Virus record (IMG/VR): IMGVR_UViG_3300017740_002729
Location: 1 to 61,500 of that record
Length of the DNA: 61,500 bases
Direction: 5' to 3' (one strand)
From: a virus
Lineage: Duplodnaviria > Caudoviricetes
Shown: piece by piece, positions 9,456 to 19,031 of the stretch
How the letters are laid out: the number at the start of each line of letters is the position of its first letter
Position numbering within the stretch: position 1 is the first letter of the stretch
Translations under genes and position numbers: made by a program
The notes under the pieces: model-generated
Database searches by the model: none
The model's input: only the letters and a program-made list of their open reading frames with translations
Told to the model about the DNA's origin: nothing

Positions 9456-9839
9456 ATGAATTATCACGAAGATGATAGAGCACAAAGATTATTAGATGTA
9501 TTTCCTTTAGAAAAAGGACAAGTAAATATATCTTATATTAACTCAACTGAGCATATTGTAGCTTGGCATAAGCACGAAAAACAAACCGATTATTGGATTT
9601 GTTTAAAAGGAAGTTTAAAAGTTGGTTGGGCAACTGAAGAAGATGGGTGTGAATTTAAATACCTATCAGATAAAAACCCACAAGTATTAGAGATACCACC
9701 TGGTATCTATCATGGATATAAGGCATTGGAGCCAGGTACCATATTAGGATATTATGTAACACAAAAATACAACCCATCAGATGAACATAGAAAAGAAGTA
9801 GGTGCATTTGGTGAAGAGTGGAAAACAGAAAACAAATGA
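9456..9839 (+). CDS. RmlC/FdtA-like cupin (NDP-sugar epimerase/isomerase)
   Basis: VAWHKHEKQTDYW, LEIPPGIYHGY. Confidence 0.75.
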   Translation: MNYHEDDRAQRLLDVFPLEKGQVNISYINSTEHIVAWHKHEKQTDYWICLKGSLKVGWATEEDGCEFKYLSDKNPQVLEIPPGIYHGYKALEPGTILGYYVTQKYNPSDEHRKEVGAFGEEWKTENK

Positions 9840-10309
9840 GTAAAAAATATAAAATAATTTTGATTAGTGGTGGATTTGACCCTGTACATAAAGGTCATAT
9901 CGAATGTATCCAAAACGCTAAGAAGTTAGCAGATGAAGTTTGGATTGGACTTAACAACGATAGTTGGTTAAGGAGAAAGAAAGGTAAATCTTTTATGAAA
10001 GAAGGAGAACGAAAGTTTATAATGGAATCATTAAGAGATGTGGATTATGTTTATGTAATGAATCCACTTATACATGGAGATGATACAGCAATTGATTTCA
10101 TTGACCATGCAAAACATAAATGGCATACTGAAAAAAGGGGTGAGTTGGAAGGTAATGTTGCATTCGGTAATGGTGGAGATAGAACAGAAACAACTACACC
10201 AGAAAACGATGTATGTAATTCATACGGAATAGATTCAGTATGGGGATTGGGAGATAAAGTACAATCTTCATCTTGGTTATTAGAAAAATATTTAAACATA
10301 GCAGAATAA
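9836..10309 (+). CDS. Cytidylyltransferase-family nucleotidyltransferase
   Basis: SGGFDPVHKGH (HxGH), NGGDR, KVQSSS. Confidence 0.85.
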   Translation: MSKKYKIILISGGFDPVHKGHIECIQNAKKLADEVWIGLNNDSWLRRKKGKSFMKEGERKFIMESLRDVDYVYVMNPLIHGDDTAIDFIDHAKHKWHTEKRGELEGNVAFGNGGDRTETTTPENDVCNSYGIDSVWGLGDKVQSSSWLLEKYLNIAE

Positions 10310-10989
10310 TGAATAAAACTGAAATATTTAATCTTTTAGATAAGTGGGTTTCTGACAAAGGCGATGGAAACTACATTGAATATGAATACAATCCATATCA
10401 TTGTATATTTAGCAATCACTTAAATGAAGAAAAAGGAATTCAACAAGTTAAAAAAGAATTAGAAATTTTAGTTGATAAAGTTATTGAAACAAATAACAAT
10501 AATGGTACTTGTTTAGAAATTGGATTAGGTCACTTTGGTAGTACCCATTTTTTATGGAGACAGTTATTCGATAAAGTAATTACAGTTGAAAAAAACTTTG
10601 AAAGAATCAGAGAATTTGGTAGGAATACTAAAAAGTTTTACAATAAATTTATTTTAAATGATGAACGTTCTGTATTTTATAATGGACTATCAAATGATGA
10701 AACTATAGTAGAAGAAGTTTACGAAAAGCATAACGATATAAATTTCTTATTTATAGATGGAAATCACACCTATGCATCAGCTTTAGCAGATTTTCTTTTG
10801 TATCACCCACTTGTTAAGAAAGGTGGTATTATAGCTTTCCACGATACTGTTTATAGTAAAGGAGCTAATGAAGATGTACCAAAACTAATACAACATCTTA
10901 AAGATGGGAAATATACAAATGGTAAAAAATTACCTATTGTAGATATTGTTGAAAGTAAAACACAAGGAATAAGTTATTTTATAAAATAA
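10309..10989 (+). CDS. Class I SAM methyltransferase (Methyltransf_24-like)
   Basis: LEIGLG, LFIDGNHTY, GGIIAFHDT; TAATG overlap with the upstream gene. Confidence 0.85.
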   Translation: MNKTEIFNLLDKWVSDKGDGNYIEYEYNPYHCIFSNHLNEEKGIQQVKKELEILVDKVIETNNNNGTCLEIGLGHFGSTHFLWRQLFDKVITVEKNFERIREFGRNTKKFYNKFILNDERSVFYNGLSNDETIVEEVYEKHNDINFLFIDGNHTYASALADFLLYHPLVKKGGIIAFHDTVYSKGANEDVPKLIQHLKDGKYTNGKKLPIVDIVESKTQGISYFIK

Positions 10990-10996
10990 AGAAAAT

Positions 10997-11230
10997 ATGA
11001 ATATAGATAAATTAGTAGAGCAATATCCAAACGATATGGAGCTTGGAGGAAAAGTAAGAGAAATGTATTGGGAAAATAAAAAAATACAAGAAGCGTTTAT
11101 TGATAAAAAAGCTTGGATTTTTGAATCACCTGATGGTGGTAAAACTGTAACCCGTAGAAGAATGGGTGATGATTATACCAAAAGAGAATTAGTAAATAAT
11201 ATTAATCAATTAAATTTATTCGATGACTAA
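10997..11230 (+). CDS. Hypothetical protein
   Basis: ORF in operon; YPNDMELG and FESPDGGKTV segments. Confidence 0.7.
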   Translation: MNIDKLVEQYPNDMELGGKVREMYWENKKIQEAFIDKKAWIFESPDGGKTVTRRRMGDDYTKRELVNNINQLNLFDD

Positions 11231-11843
11231 GATAGTACAAGATGTAAGTAAGTTACGAACTCCACTAACGGAGTTACCAAAAAATAAAGCTGAGCAAGAT
11301 GTACTTGGAGCAGCTTTACTAACACAATTAAAAAATCACAAAGGGTTAGGATTATCAGCCAATCAGATTGGGGTAAACAAACGAGTTTGTGTTATTGGTG
11401 TAAAAGACCCATTGGTGTTAGTTAATCCTCGTATAGTTAAACGAAGTGAAGAAGCAGTTCAATATATTGAGAGTTGTTTATCACTTCCCAAAACAATGAG
11501 AAAACCAAAGAATACAGTTAGGAGTGTTTCTGTAACTGTAGAAACTGATAACTTAGGTACGATTGAGTTTGGAGCAGATGAGCCAGATAAGATTGGTACA
11601 GAAGGTCACAATTACTTTGGTGATGAGGGATTATTAGAATGTGTGGTTGCTCAACATGAGATAGACCACTTGGATGGTATATTGATTACTGATTCAGCTA
11701 GAGCATACAATATCCAAAGAAAAACTGATAAAAAATATGGTAGAAACGAAAGAGTAATGGTTAAGTTACCAAGTGGAGATACTGAATTTATGAAATACAA
11801 AAAAGCAGAACCCTTACTTTCTATGGGAGCTGAAATCTTATAA
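11223..11843 (+). CDS. def: Peptide deformylase with C-terminal extension
   Basis: GLGLSANQIG, ESCLS, QHEIDHLDG. Confidence 0.93.
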   Translation: MTKIVQDVSKLRTPLTELPKNKAEQDVLGAALLTQLKNHKGLGLSANQIGVNKRVCVIGVKDPLVLVNPRIVKRSEEAVQYIESCLSLPKTMRKPKNTVRSVSVTVETDNLGTIEFGADEPDKIGTEGHNYFGDEGLLECVVAQHEIDHLDGILITDSARAYNIQRKTDKKYGRNERVMVKLPSGDTEFMKYKKAEPLLSMGAEIL

Positions 11844-11855
11844 TTAAACGAAAAC

Positions 11856-12116
11856 ATGGGAAAGCTAATATTTAGATATACGGAAGAAGATAATCAGAAA
11901 CAATTGAATAGGGAAGCAAATGAAGTAGAACTATCTGTTCCTGATGATATGAACATTAATGAATTCAAAGTAGTTTGTGTTAGATTAGCACAAGCTTTAG
12001 GTTATCAACAAAAATCCATAGAAAGTGGATTTGGTGATTTAGTTTATGGAGATGAATCAACCGATGAGTTAAAAAAACTAATAAGAGAGATAACAGAACC
12101 AAAAAATGTCAAATAA
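11856..12116 (+). CDS. Hypothetical protein
   Basis: ORF in operon. Confidence 0.7.
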   Translation: MGKLIFRYTEEDNQKQLNREANEVELSVPDDMNINEFKVVCVRLAQALGYQQKSIESGFGDLVYGDESTDELKKLIREITEPKNVK

Positions 12117-12372
12117 CGAAAATCAAAGAAATATAAATGATGCATTAATAAATCAGAGTGTAATTGATTTATTGATTGAAAAGAAAATCTTCACCAAAGA
12201 AGAACTTGCAGAAACCTTACAACAAAACTTAGAGTTATTTAAAAAACTAGCAAAGGAATATAGCAAACTACTCATAGAAGCTAAAGAAATAGAAGTCAAA
12301 TATGACTTAAATAAAGATTTAGATGAGGATGTTTTGGAGGGTCTTTACTACGGCCCAATGGGCGAAGCTTAA
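12106..12372 (+). CDS. Hypothetical protein
   Basis: ORF in operon. Confidence 0.7.
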   Translation: MSNNENQRNINDALINQSVIDLLIEKKIFTKEELAETLQQNLELFKKLAKEYSKLLIEAKEIEVKYDLNKDLDEDVLEGLYYGPMGEA

Positions 12373-12388
12373 AATAATTGATAAAAAA

Positions 12389-12420
12389 TTAGGATATATC
12401 AAATATTTTTTGTATATTAG
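12389..12420 (+). promoter_or_regulatory. Bacteroidetes-type early promoter (variant)
   Basis: TTAG-N20-TATATTAG; spacer GATATATC... resembles the copy at 2857. Confidence 0.65.
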
Positions 12421-12452
12421 TAGTAATATAATCAATCAAAAGGAGAAATCTT

Positions 12453-13022
12453 ATGAGAAAAATTATAGTGTTGTCAGTATTGACAACCTTTTGCTCGATG
12501 GGTGTTATAGATTCATCGGTAGCTGAACAACCTTCTAATAAACTTCAAGCACAAATAGCTGGAGATATAGAAAGAGAAAATAAAATTAAACAACATCAAA
12601 AAGAAGAATTAGAAAGATTCTTAACAGATGTTGGATTCAGAGAAAGTGGTAATAGATATAATATCACAAACAAATGGGGATACATGGGTAAGTATCAATT
12701 TGGAAGAAGTACTTTAAAAGGATTAGGATTCAAAGTAACTAAAGAAGAATTCTTAAATAACCCACAACTACAAGAAGAAGCAATGATGGCTTTATTACTA
12801 CACAACAAAGAAAAACTTCAAAAGTATATCGATGTATTTGATGGACAAACTGTTAATGGTATGTACATCTCAGAAAGTGGTATATTGGCAGCTGCACATC
12901 TTGGAGGACAGGGTTCTGTAAAACGATACTTTAAAAATGGAAAAGTTTTTAAGGATGGATTCGGAACTAAGATTACATCGTATATGGCTCAATTTAGTGG
13001 ATACGATATTAAATTAAATTAA
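12453..13022 (+). CDS. Lysozyme-like peptidoglycan hydrolase with N-terminal signal or anchor
   Basis: RESGNRY...YMGKYQFG lysozyme/SLT-type motif, LAAAHLGG; hydrophobic N-terminus. Confidence 0.75.
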   Translation: MRKIIVLSVLTTFCSMGVIDSSVAEQPSNKLQAQIAGDIERENKIKQHQKEELERFLTDVGFRESGNRYNITNKWGYMGKYQFGRSTLKGLGFKVTKEEFLNNPQLQEEAMMALLLHNKEKLQKYIDVFDGQTVNGMYISESGILAAAHLGGQGSVKRYFKNGKVFKDGFGTKITSYMAQFSGYDIKLN

Positions 13023-13029
13023 AAAAGTT

Positions 13030-13296
13030 ATGATTATAGAAATATTATTAGGAATATCCGTAATATCTAATTTAGTACTTTTGTATGGAGTAAGGAATTT
13101 ACTCAAACAAAACGAACAATTGGAAGATACGTTATCAGAGGTTGTGTTAAATACAACACAAACACTAACTGATACATTAGAAGAAATGAAACGAATTGAT
13201 TTAAGAGGTTCATTTGAATCAGATGATGAAGTGGGTTCTGTATTTCAACAACTCAAATCTATAATTGAAAAATTAAACCAAAATTACTTAGGATAA
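13030..13296 (+). CDS. Membrane-anchored coiled-coil protein
   Basis: N-terminal TM segment followed by a helical region. Confidence 0.65.
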   Translation: MIIEILLGISVISNLVLLYGVRNLLKQNEQLEDTLSEVVLNTTQTLTDTLEEMKRIDLRGSFESDDEVGSVFQQLKSIIEKLNQNYLG

Positions 13297-13299
13297 AAT

Positions 13300-14031
13300 A
13301 TGCCAAGACCAAGAAGAAAAAAATCAAAAATGTATTTTGGTACACCAGCTCAAGAAGCTATTATTGCCTATAATAAATGTACCGATGATAAAGAAAAAAA
13401 TAGGATATACAATGAAGGGATAAAATATCCTTTTGAAAAATTAGCAGAAAATGTATTGAATACATTTAAGTTTACATACTTTGATGTACCAAAGATGGAT
13501 GTTCAGAGAGAAGTTGTATCTGCTATGGTAGAAAAGATTCATATGTTTAAAGAAGGAAGAGGTAAAGCATTTTCTTACTTTACTATTATAGCAAAAAATT
13601 ATTTAATATTAAATAATAATGGAAACTATAAGAGATGGCAAAAAAACCAACTAATATCAGAAATGCCTGTAACTTGGAATCCTGAAAATGACTTTTATCA
13701 AAAAGAACAAAATGATGAGTTTACGGAATTTAGAAGAATAATGTTATCTTATTGGGATAAAAATCTAACACTTGTATTTACAAAGAAGAGAGATATACAA
13801 ATTGCAGATGCCGTATTAGAATTATTTAGAAGAGCAGATTATATTGAAAACTTTAATAAGAAGCATTTGTATTTGTTGATTAGAGAAATGACAGATTGTA
13901 AAACACATTACATCACTAAAGTAGTAAACACTATGAAGCAGCATCAAAAGAAAATGTTAAATTCATTTTTAGATGGTGAGTCAATTAACGAAAACTTAGA
14001 TGGTGAATATTGGCAAGGGGATGGATACTAA
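13300..14031 (+). CDS. Phage late sigma factor-like protein (T4 gp55-like)
   Basis: KLAENV..FKF.Y, KGKAFSYFT-like segment (RGKAFSYFTIIAKN), recalling the gp55/sigma region 2 FAYFT motif. Confidence 0.6.
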   Translation: MPRPRRKKSKMYFGTPAQEAIIAYNKCTDDKEKNRIYNEGIKYPFEKLAENVLNTFKFTYFDVPKMDVQREVVSAMVEKIHMFKEGRGKAFSYFTIIAKNYLILNNNGNYKRWQKNQLISEMPVTWNPENDFYQKEQNDEFTEFRRIMLSYWDKNLTLVFTKKRDIQIADAVLELFRRADYIENFNKKHLYLLIREMTDCKTHYITKVVNTMKQHQKKMLNSFLDGESINENLDGEYWQGDGY

Positions 14032-15724
14032 CGATAAATACATATTAGGAATATCATATGGATATCACGATTCAGCAGTTGCTTTACTTTATAATGGAAA
14101 GGTTTTATCAGCTGTAGAAGAAGAAAGATTTACAGGAATAAAACATGATAATTCGTTTCCAACTCAATCTATAGAGTGGATTACAAAACAAAATGGTATA
14201 ACCAAAGATAATATAGCAATTGTTTGTTTCTATGAAAACCCTATACTAAAGGATGATAGGAATAAAAAGATATATAGAAAATATTGGTATAAAAATATAT
14301 TTGCATGGAAAAAGAAAGCAGCTTCTTTTTATGCTCTAAAAAGTTATTTTCCAAAAGCAAATGTTATGATGGGAAATCATCATCTATCTCATTTATCATA
14401 TAGCTATTACACTTCTCCATTTAAATCAGCATCTATACTTTCAGTAGATGGTGTTGGTGAATGGGATACTACTGTTATGGCAACGGGTAGTCCATATGGA
14501 ATAGATACTCATCAATCTATAAAATATCCACACTCGTTGGGTATGTTATATTCTACTATAACTGCTTTTTTAGGATTCAAACCAAATGAAGGTGAATACA
14601 AAGTAATGGGATTAGCTCCTTATGGAAATGAAGATACTAAAAGTTTTTCATCACTATCATCAAAGTTCGATACTTTGGTTACTAAAAAGAATGGAGGATA
14701 TGAATTAAACTTAGATTACTTTAGTTATCATTATTCAGATAAGATGATGTTTAATAAAAACTTATCTAAGTTATTAGGTATTCCAAATAGATTACCACAT
14801 GAACCTGTTGAACAAATTCATAAGGATTTAGCATTGATTCTCCAACAAAAGTATGAAGAGATTTTCTTTTACTTATTAAATAATTTATATCTTTTAACTG
14901 GTAATAAAAATTTGTGTTTAAGTGGTGGATGTGCTTATAACGGAACTGCTAATGGTAAGATACAAAACCAAACACCATTTGATAATATTTGGATACCACC
15001 AGCTCCATCTGATGCTGGTTCTGCTATTGGAGCAGCTTTGTATGTTTATTATCATTGTAATCCAAACTCTGAACGTATTAATAACACCACACCATTCTTA
15101 GGTCCAAGTGAAAAAATATTAGATATTGTAAAAGTTTGTAAAGAAAACGAAGATAGAATATTCATAGAAGCTATTTCTGAAAATAAATTATTACCAAAAG
15201 TAGCTAAACTTATTTCTGAAGGTAATATTATAGGATGGGTTCAGGGTAAATTAGAATTTGGTGCTAGAGCATTGGGTAATCGTTCTATATTAGCAGACCC
15301 AAGAGACCCACAAATGAAACAGAGAGTTAATTCTGTAGTTAAGAAAAGAGAAGGATTTAGACCATTTGCACCAATGTGTACTTTTGCTGAAATGGGAAAA
15401 TTCTTTACACCTACTATAGAAATACCATATATGAATCAAATAGTTAATGTAAAACCAGTACACAGAAAAAAACTACCAGCGATTACACATACTGATGGTT
15501 CAGCAAGAGTACAAACTTTAAAAAAGGATTTTAATCCTAAGATGTATTCACTATTAAAAGAATATCAAAAAATTACAAAGTATCCAATACTACTTAATAC
15601 ATCATTTAATCTAAAAGACCAAACTATGGTTAGAGATTCACAAGAAGCAATTGATACATTTATGAATTGTGATTTGGATTATTTAGTAATTGACAATATT
15701 TTGATTACAAAAAAGATTATTTAG
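14021..15724 (+). CDS. Carbamoyltransferase (NodU/CmcH family)
   Basis: HDSAVAL, EEERF, HHLSH, DGVGE, EYKVMGLAPYG, EFGARALGNRSILADP, REGFRPFAP, LLNTSFN. Confidence 0.95.
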   Translation: MDTNDKYILGISYGYHDSAVALLYNGKVLSAVEEERFTGIKHDNSFPTQSIEWITKQNGITKDNIAIVCFYENPILKDDRNKKIYRKYWYKNIFAWKKKAASFYALKSYFPKANVMMGNHHLSHLSYSYYTSPFKSASILSVDGVGEWDTTVMATGSPYGIDTHQSIKYPHSLGMLYSTITAFLGFKPNEGEYKVMGLAPYGNEDTKSFSSLSSKFDTLVTKKNGGYELNLDYFSYHYSDKMMFNKNLSKLLGIPNRLPHEPVEQIHKDLALILQQKYEEIFFYLLNNLYLLTGNKNLCLSGGCAYNGTANGKIQNQTPFDNIWIPPAPSDAGSAIGAALYVYYHCNPNSERINNTTPFLGPSEKILDIVKVCKENEDRIFIEAISENKLLPKVAKLISEGNIIGWVQGKLEFGARALGNRSILADPRDPQMKQRVNSVVKKREGFRPFAPMCTFAEMGKFFTPTIEIPYMNQIVNVKPVHRKKLPAITHTDGSARVQTLKKDFNPKMYSLLKEYQKITKYPILLNTSFNLKDQTMVRDSQEAIDTFMNCDLDYLVIDNILITKKII

Positions 15725-15874
15725 TATTTGACACTCGATAGTGTTTACCCATTTGGTGTTAAAATCTAAATCATACTTTTTATTTAATATATACTATAGT
15801 TATTGTTGACATGTCCGACGTTTTGTAATATGGAAAAGTTATTTGACAATTAATTAAAACAGAGGAGAGATAAT

Positions 15875-16111
15875 ATGGAATTTCTAAATAAAATTGGTGA
15901 TTGGGCAAAATCACTTACAGAAATTGGTATTAGTATCATTGCGCTTGGTGTAGTATTAGAAGTACTATTTAAGGGAGCAGCGATTCCTTTTTGGCCTGAA
16001 GTATCAGTAGTGGATAACATTATGGGTATATTAGGTTCATTAAGTAACGAAGGTCTATTAGGTTTAGTAGGTGCATTCGTTTTATACCACATTCTAAAAA
16101 AGAAGGCGTAA
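15875..16111 (+). CDS. Small two-TM membrane protein
   Basis: Two hydrophobic segments, basic C-terminus, GAGGAG at 15862-15867, own terminator. Confidence 0.8.
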   Translation: MEFLNKIGDWAKSLTEIGISIIALGVVLEVLFKGAAIPFWPEVSVVDNIMGILGSLSNEGLLGLVGAFVLYHILKKKA

Positions 16112-16143
16112 TAGCTAGTAATAGAAATGTACATTATAGAAAG

Positions 16144-16171
16144 ACCTCACTTGAAAAAGTGAGGTTTTTTT
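16144..16171 (+). terminator. Rho-independent terminator
   Basis: ACCTCACTT-GAAA-AAGTGAGGT followed by a T tract. Confidence 0.9.
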
Positions 16172-16179
16172 GTTTGTGA

Positions 16180-16187
16180 TATTTATA
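16180..16187 (+). promoter_or_regulatory. Putative late promoter TATTTATA
   Basis: Recurrent motif at the head of the structural module. Confidence 0.7.
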
Positions 16188-16209
16188 TACAAGAGAATAT
16201 ATAAAAATT

Positions 16210-16638
16210 ATGAGTACAGATTTTGAATTATTTCCGGGAAAAGATTTAAGTGGATTGTTTAAAAATATCTATGATAATCAACAAAACAAAAAACAAAGAA
16301 TCTCAGAACTAATTGCTGAAATGAAAAAGGTAATTAGACATGCTGGGGATATGGCAGTTATTGGTCCGATACTAAAAGACCTAATAGATACATCAGTTAG
16401 AAACGATGAATCATTAATTAAAATGGCAGCGATTGCACAACGAATGATTGCATCAAAGGATAAAGCTGAAGGAGATACTGGTTTCCTTTCTGATAAAGAA
16501 AAAGAACAACTACTACAACAATTAGAAGGAGTTGTTGTTGATGCAACTGAAGAAGCAGAAGAAAAGGTTGATGAACTAACTAATGAAGTTGAAGAATTAA
16601 AACAAAAGGTTAATCATGCAGAAGAACAGAAGGTCTAG
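16210..16638 (+). CDS. Hypothetical coiled-coil protein
   Basis: Helical, first gene of the structural operon. Confidence 0.75.
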   Translation: MSTDFELFPGKDLSGLFKNIYDNQQNKKQRISELIAEMKKVIRHAGDMAVIGPILKDLIDTSVRNDESLIKMAAIAQRMIASKDKAEGDTGFLSDKEKEQLLQQLEGVVVDATEEAEEKVDELTNEVEELKQKVNHAEEQKV

Positions 16639-17860
16639 TGTAGGTAGTGGGCGTAGGAGTAAATCATCTCCAACAACAGGTCCAGCTATAGCGGCTATTG
16701 TTACTGGTGTAATATTGGATGAAGAATCTCAAGCTATTACTGATGAATTAACATCACCGAGTTCTATAGGAGCTATACAATTTAAAATTTTGGGTAAGGG
16801 TGGATTAAGTGATTCTGGTGGAGGAAATGTAGTTGCATATCCAATGAATACATCTTCTTTTAGTTTACCTTTAAAAAATGAAGTTGTTGATTTATTTCAC
16901 ATATCAGGAGTTTACAGATATCAACGTAGACATAATGGAGAGTTTCAAAACTTAAACTCAACAGAATCAGCATTAGATGATACTTACGCACCAAGACAGG
17001 TAGACAGTGACCCCAAGGGTAATTCGGATGGATATGAATCAACATCTAATACTGGTATATCAAACTCAAATGCAGCTGGAGAAACAAGTGGATATGGTGA
17101 TTACTTTACACCAAATGAAACAATACATAGATTAAAATTATATGAAGGTGATACTTTGATACAAAGTAGATTTGGTCAATCAATTAGGTTTAGTGGATAT
17201 AATAATGAAGAACAAACCGAATCACCAACAATTATAATTAGAAATAGAGAATCTGATATTACTCAAAACGAAATAGAACAACCAGACCCAGTAGAAGAAG
17301 ATGTAAGTAGAGATGGTTCTATTATATCAATGACAAGTCAAGATTATTTGTTAGGATATCAACCTGGTACTGTTGATGATGGTGGTACGAGTGATTTTGA
17401 AACAAAGCCCGAAATGTTTGAGGATTATCCATCAGAACTAAAAGGAGACCAAATTTTAATTAATAGTGGTAGGATTATTATCTCATCAAAAGAATCTGAA
17501 ATGATTTTTTATTCCAAAGGTAATTATGGTTTTATTTCGGATAAATCCTTATCAATAGATAATGAGGGTGGTATATTTGCTCAAACAAATGACCATATGG
17601 AATGGAATACTCAAGGTAATAACTTTATTATCAATAGTGATGGGGGTAAGATTTATTTAGGAGAAGATGGAAACGAAGATGAGCCGGTTGCGTTGGGACA
17701 AACCTTAATAGATATTTTAGGTGAAATCTTAACAGAACTACAAGCTGAGATTCATCCAACACCAGCAGGTCCATCAGGTCCACCAACTAACGCTGCTAAA
17801 TATGCTGCTATACAGAATAAATTAGAAACTATTCTTAGTAAACAAAACTTTACGGTATAA
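16616..17860 (+). CDS. Baseplate spike/hub protein (gp5/gpV-like)
   Basis: N-terminal OB-like region (LPLKNEVV), beta-repeat region (EGDTLIQSRFGQSIRF, INSGRIII), tip IHPTPAGPSGPP; lies upstream of gp25 and gp6. Confidence 0.65.
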   Translation: MQKNRRSSVGSGRRSKSSPTTGPAIAAIVTGVILDEESQAITDELTSPSSIGAIQFKILGKGGLSDSGGGNVVAYPMNTSSFSLPLKNEVVDLFHISGVYRYQRRHNGEFQNLNSTESALDDTYAPRQVDSDPKGNSDGYESTSNTGISNSNAAGETSGYGDYFTPNETIHRLKLYEGDTLIQSRFGQSIRFSGYNNEEQTESPTIIIRNRESDITQNEIEQPDPVEEDVSRDGSIISMTSQDYLLGYQPGTVDDGGTSDFETKPEMFEDYPSELKGDQILINSGRIIISSKESEMIFYSKGNYGFISDKSLSIDNEGGIFAQTNDHMEWNTQGNNFIINSDGGKIYLGEDGNEDEPVALGQTLIDILGEILTELQAEIHPTPAGPSGPPTNAAKYAAIQNKLETILSKQNFTV

Positions 17861-17863
17861 CAA

Positions 17864-18430
17864 ATGGGATGGGGAATATTCAAACAAAACATGAAATCGT
17901 ATATGGAAGCCGAAGGTGGTTCTCCATCACAAGCTGATTTTGCTGCAAAGCTAACAAAGGAATATGATAATTGTGTAAAATCATTCGGAACACAAAATCC
18001 TAATTTATCTAAAATACAAAAAGGTAATACTTCTTTAATGGAAGTACAGATTAAAGCATGTTTAGGGGAAGGGTTCTCAAAACAATCAGGAAGTTTTCCT
18101 TGGATAAAAAAGCTAGGTCCAGCCGTATTAGGATATTGGACGGGGTTAACACTAACAGGCCCACCACCTCCACCACCTGCACCCGGTTCTATAGCTAACA
18201 TACAATTTGTTGCTGGTACCTGTAATAATCCAGGTCAATGGAGTACAGATATACCAACTCCACCTAATCAAAATGTTATGATTTTTATAAATGGATTTGT
18301 AGCAGCAGCTCAGATACACCTAACATCCGTATCGGGTATAATCAATACAATATCATTATATCCTGCTGGTCCATCGCCTGTACCGGGTCCTGGTGTAATT
18401 ATGTGGAGTACATTTACTGTGCCGGGATAA
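17864..18430 (+). CDS. Hypothetical baseplate-associated protein
   Basis: Follows the spike; Pro/Gly-rich. Confidence 0.65.
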   Translation: MGWGIFKQNMKSYMEAEGGSPSQADFAAKLTKEYDNCVKSFGTQNPNLSKIQKGNTSLMEVQIKACLGEGFSKQSGSFPWIKKLGPAVLGYWTGLTLTGPPPPPPAPGSIANIQFVAGTCNNPGQWSTDIPTPPNQNVMIFINGFVAAAQIHLTSVSGIINTISLYPAGPSPVPGPGVIMWSTFTVPG

Positions 18431-18453
18431 AACATCAAAATATTTAAAACATA

Positions 18454-18461
18454 TATTTATA
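18454..18461 (+). promoter_or_regulatory. Putative late promoter TATTTATA
   Basis: Recurrent intergenic motif. Confidence 0.7.
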
Positions 18462-18486
18462 GTAAGAAAAACACATTAATACAATT

Positions 18487-19017
18487 ATGGAATCTAAAAA
18501 ATTAGTTAAAGTTATTAAGGCGTTGGTAGAAGTTGAGGTTAAAAAACAACAATTAAACTTCTTACAAAACCAATTCCCAAAAATTTTAGAAGAGGCGGTT
18601 CAATCAAGGATTAAATCGAAACCTCAAAAGAAAGCTGCAGAAGTAGACCCATTTACCTTAGCAGAAGCTGTATTAGAACAAGATAGAACAGATACTGCGC
18701 CAAATGTAAGTTATACAAAAAATCAAGCATTGAATAAAATACTAAATGAAACGGCTCAATCACATACAGCAGTTGCTGATGATAAGACAGTTTCGTTTGG
18801 AACTCATAATGTACCAACGGGACAACAACCTGTAGGAACAGATGCGGTATCTAATATGAGACAAAGTATGGCTCAACAAATGGGATATGGTGATATGAGA
18901 ACGGGTGGAGCAAGTAAACCACAATCTGGTGGATTAGGTGTTCAGACTGGGTTGCCTGGTTTGGATAAAATTTTGAATAGAGATAATAGTGAATTGGTAA
19001 AACGATTTAAACGATAG
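18487..19017 (+). CDS. Hypothetical protein
   Basis: ORF after late motif. Confidence 0.75.
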   Translation: MESKKLVKVIKALVEVEVKKQQLNFLQNQFPKILEEAVQSRIKSKPQKKAAEVDPFTLAEAVLEQDRTDTAPNVSYTKNQALNKILNETAQSHTAVADDKTVSFGTHNVPTGQQPVGTDAVSNMRQSMAQQMGYGDMRTGGASKPQSGGLGVQTGLPGLDKILNRDNSELVKRFKR

Positions 19018-19031
19018 TATAGGAAAGAGAG

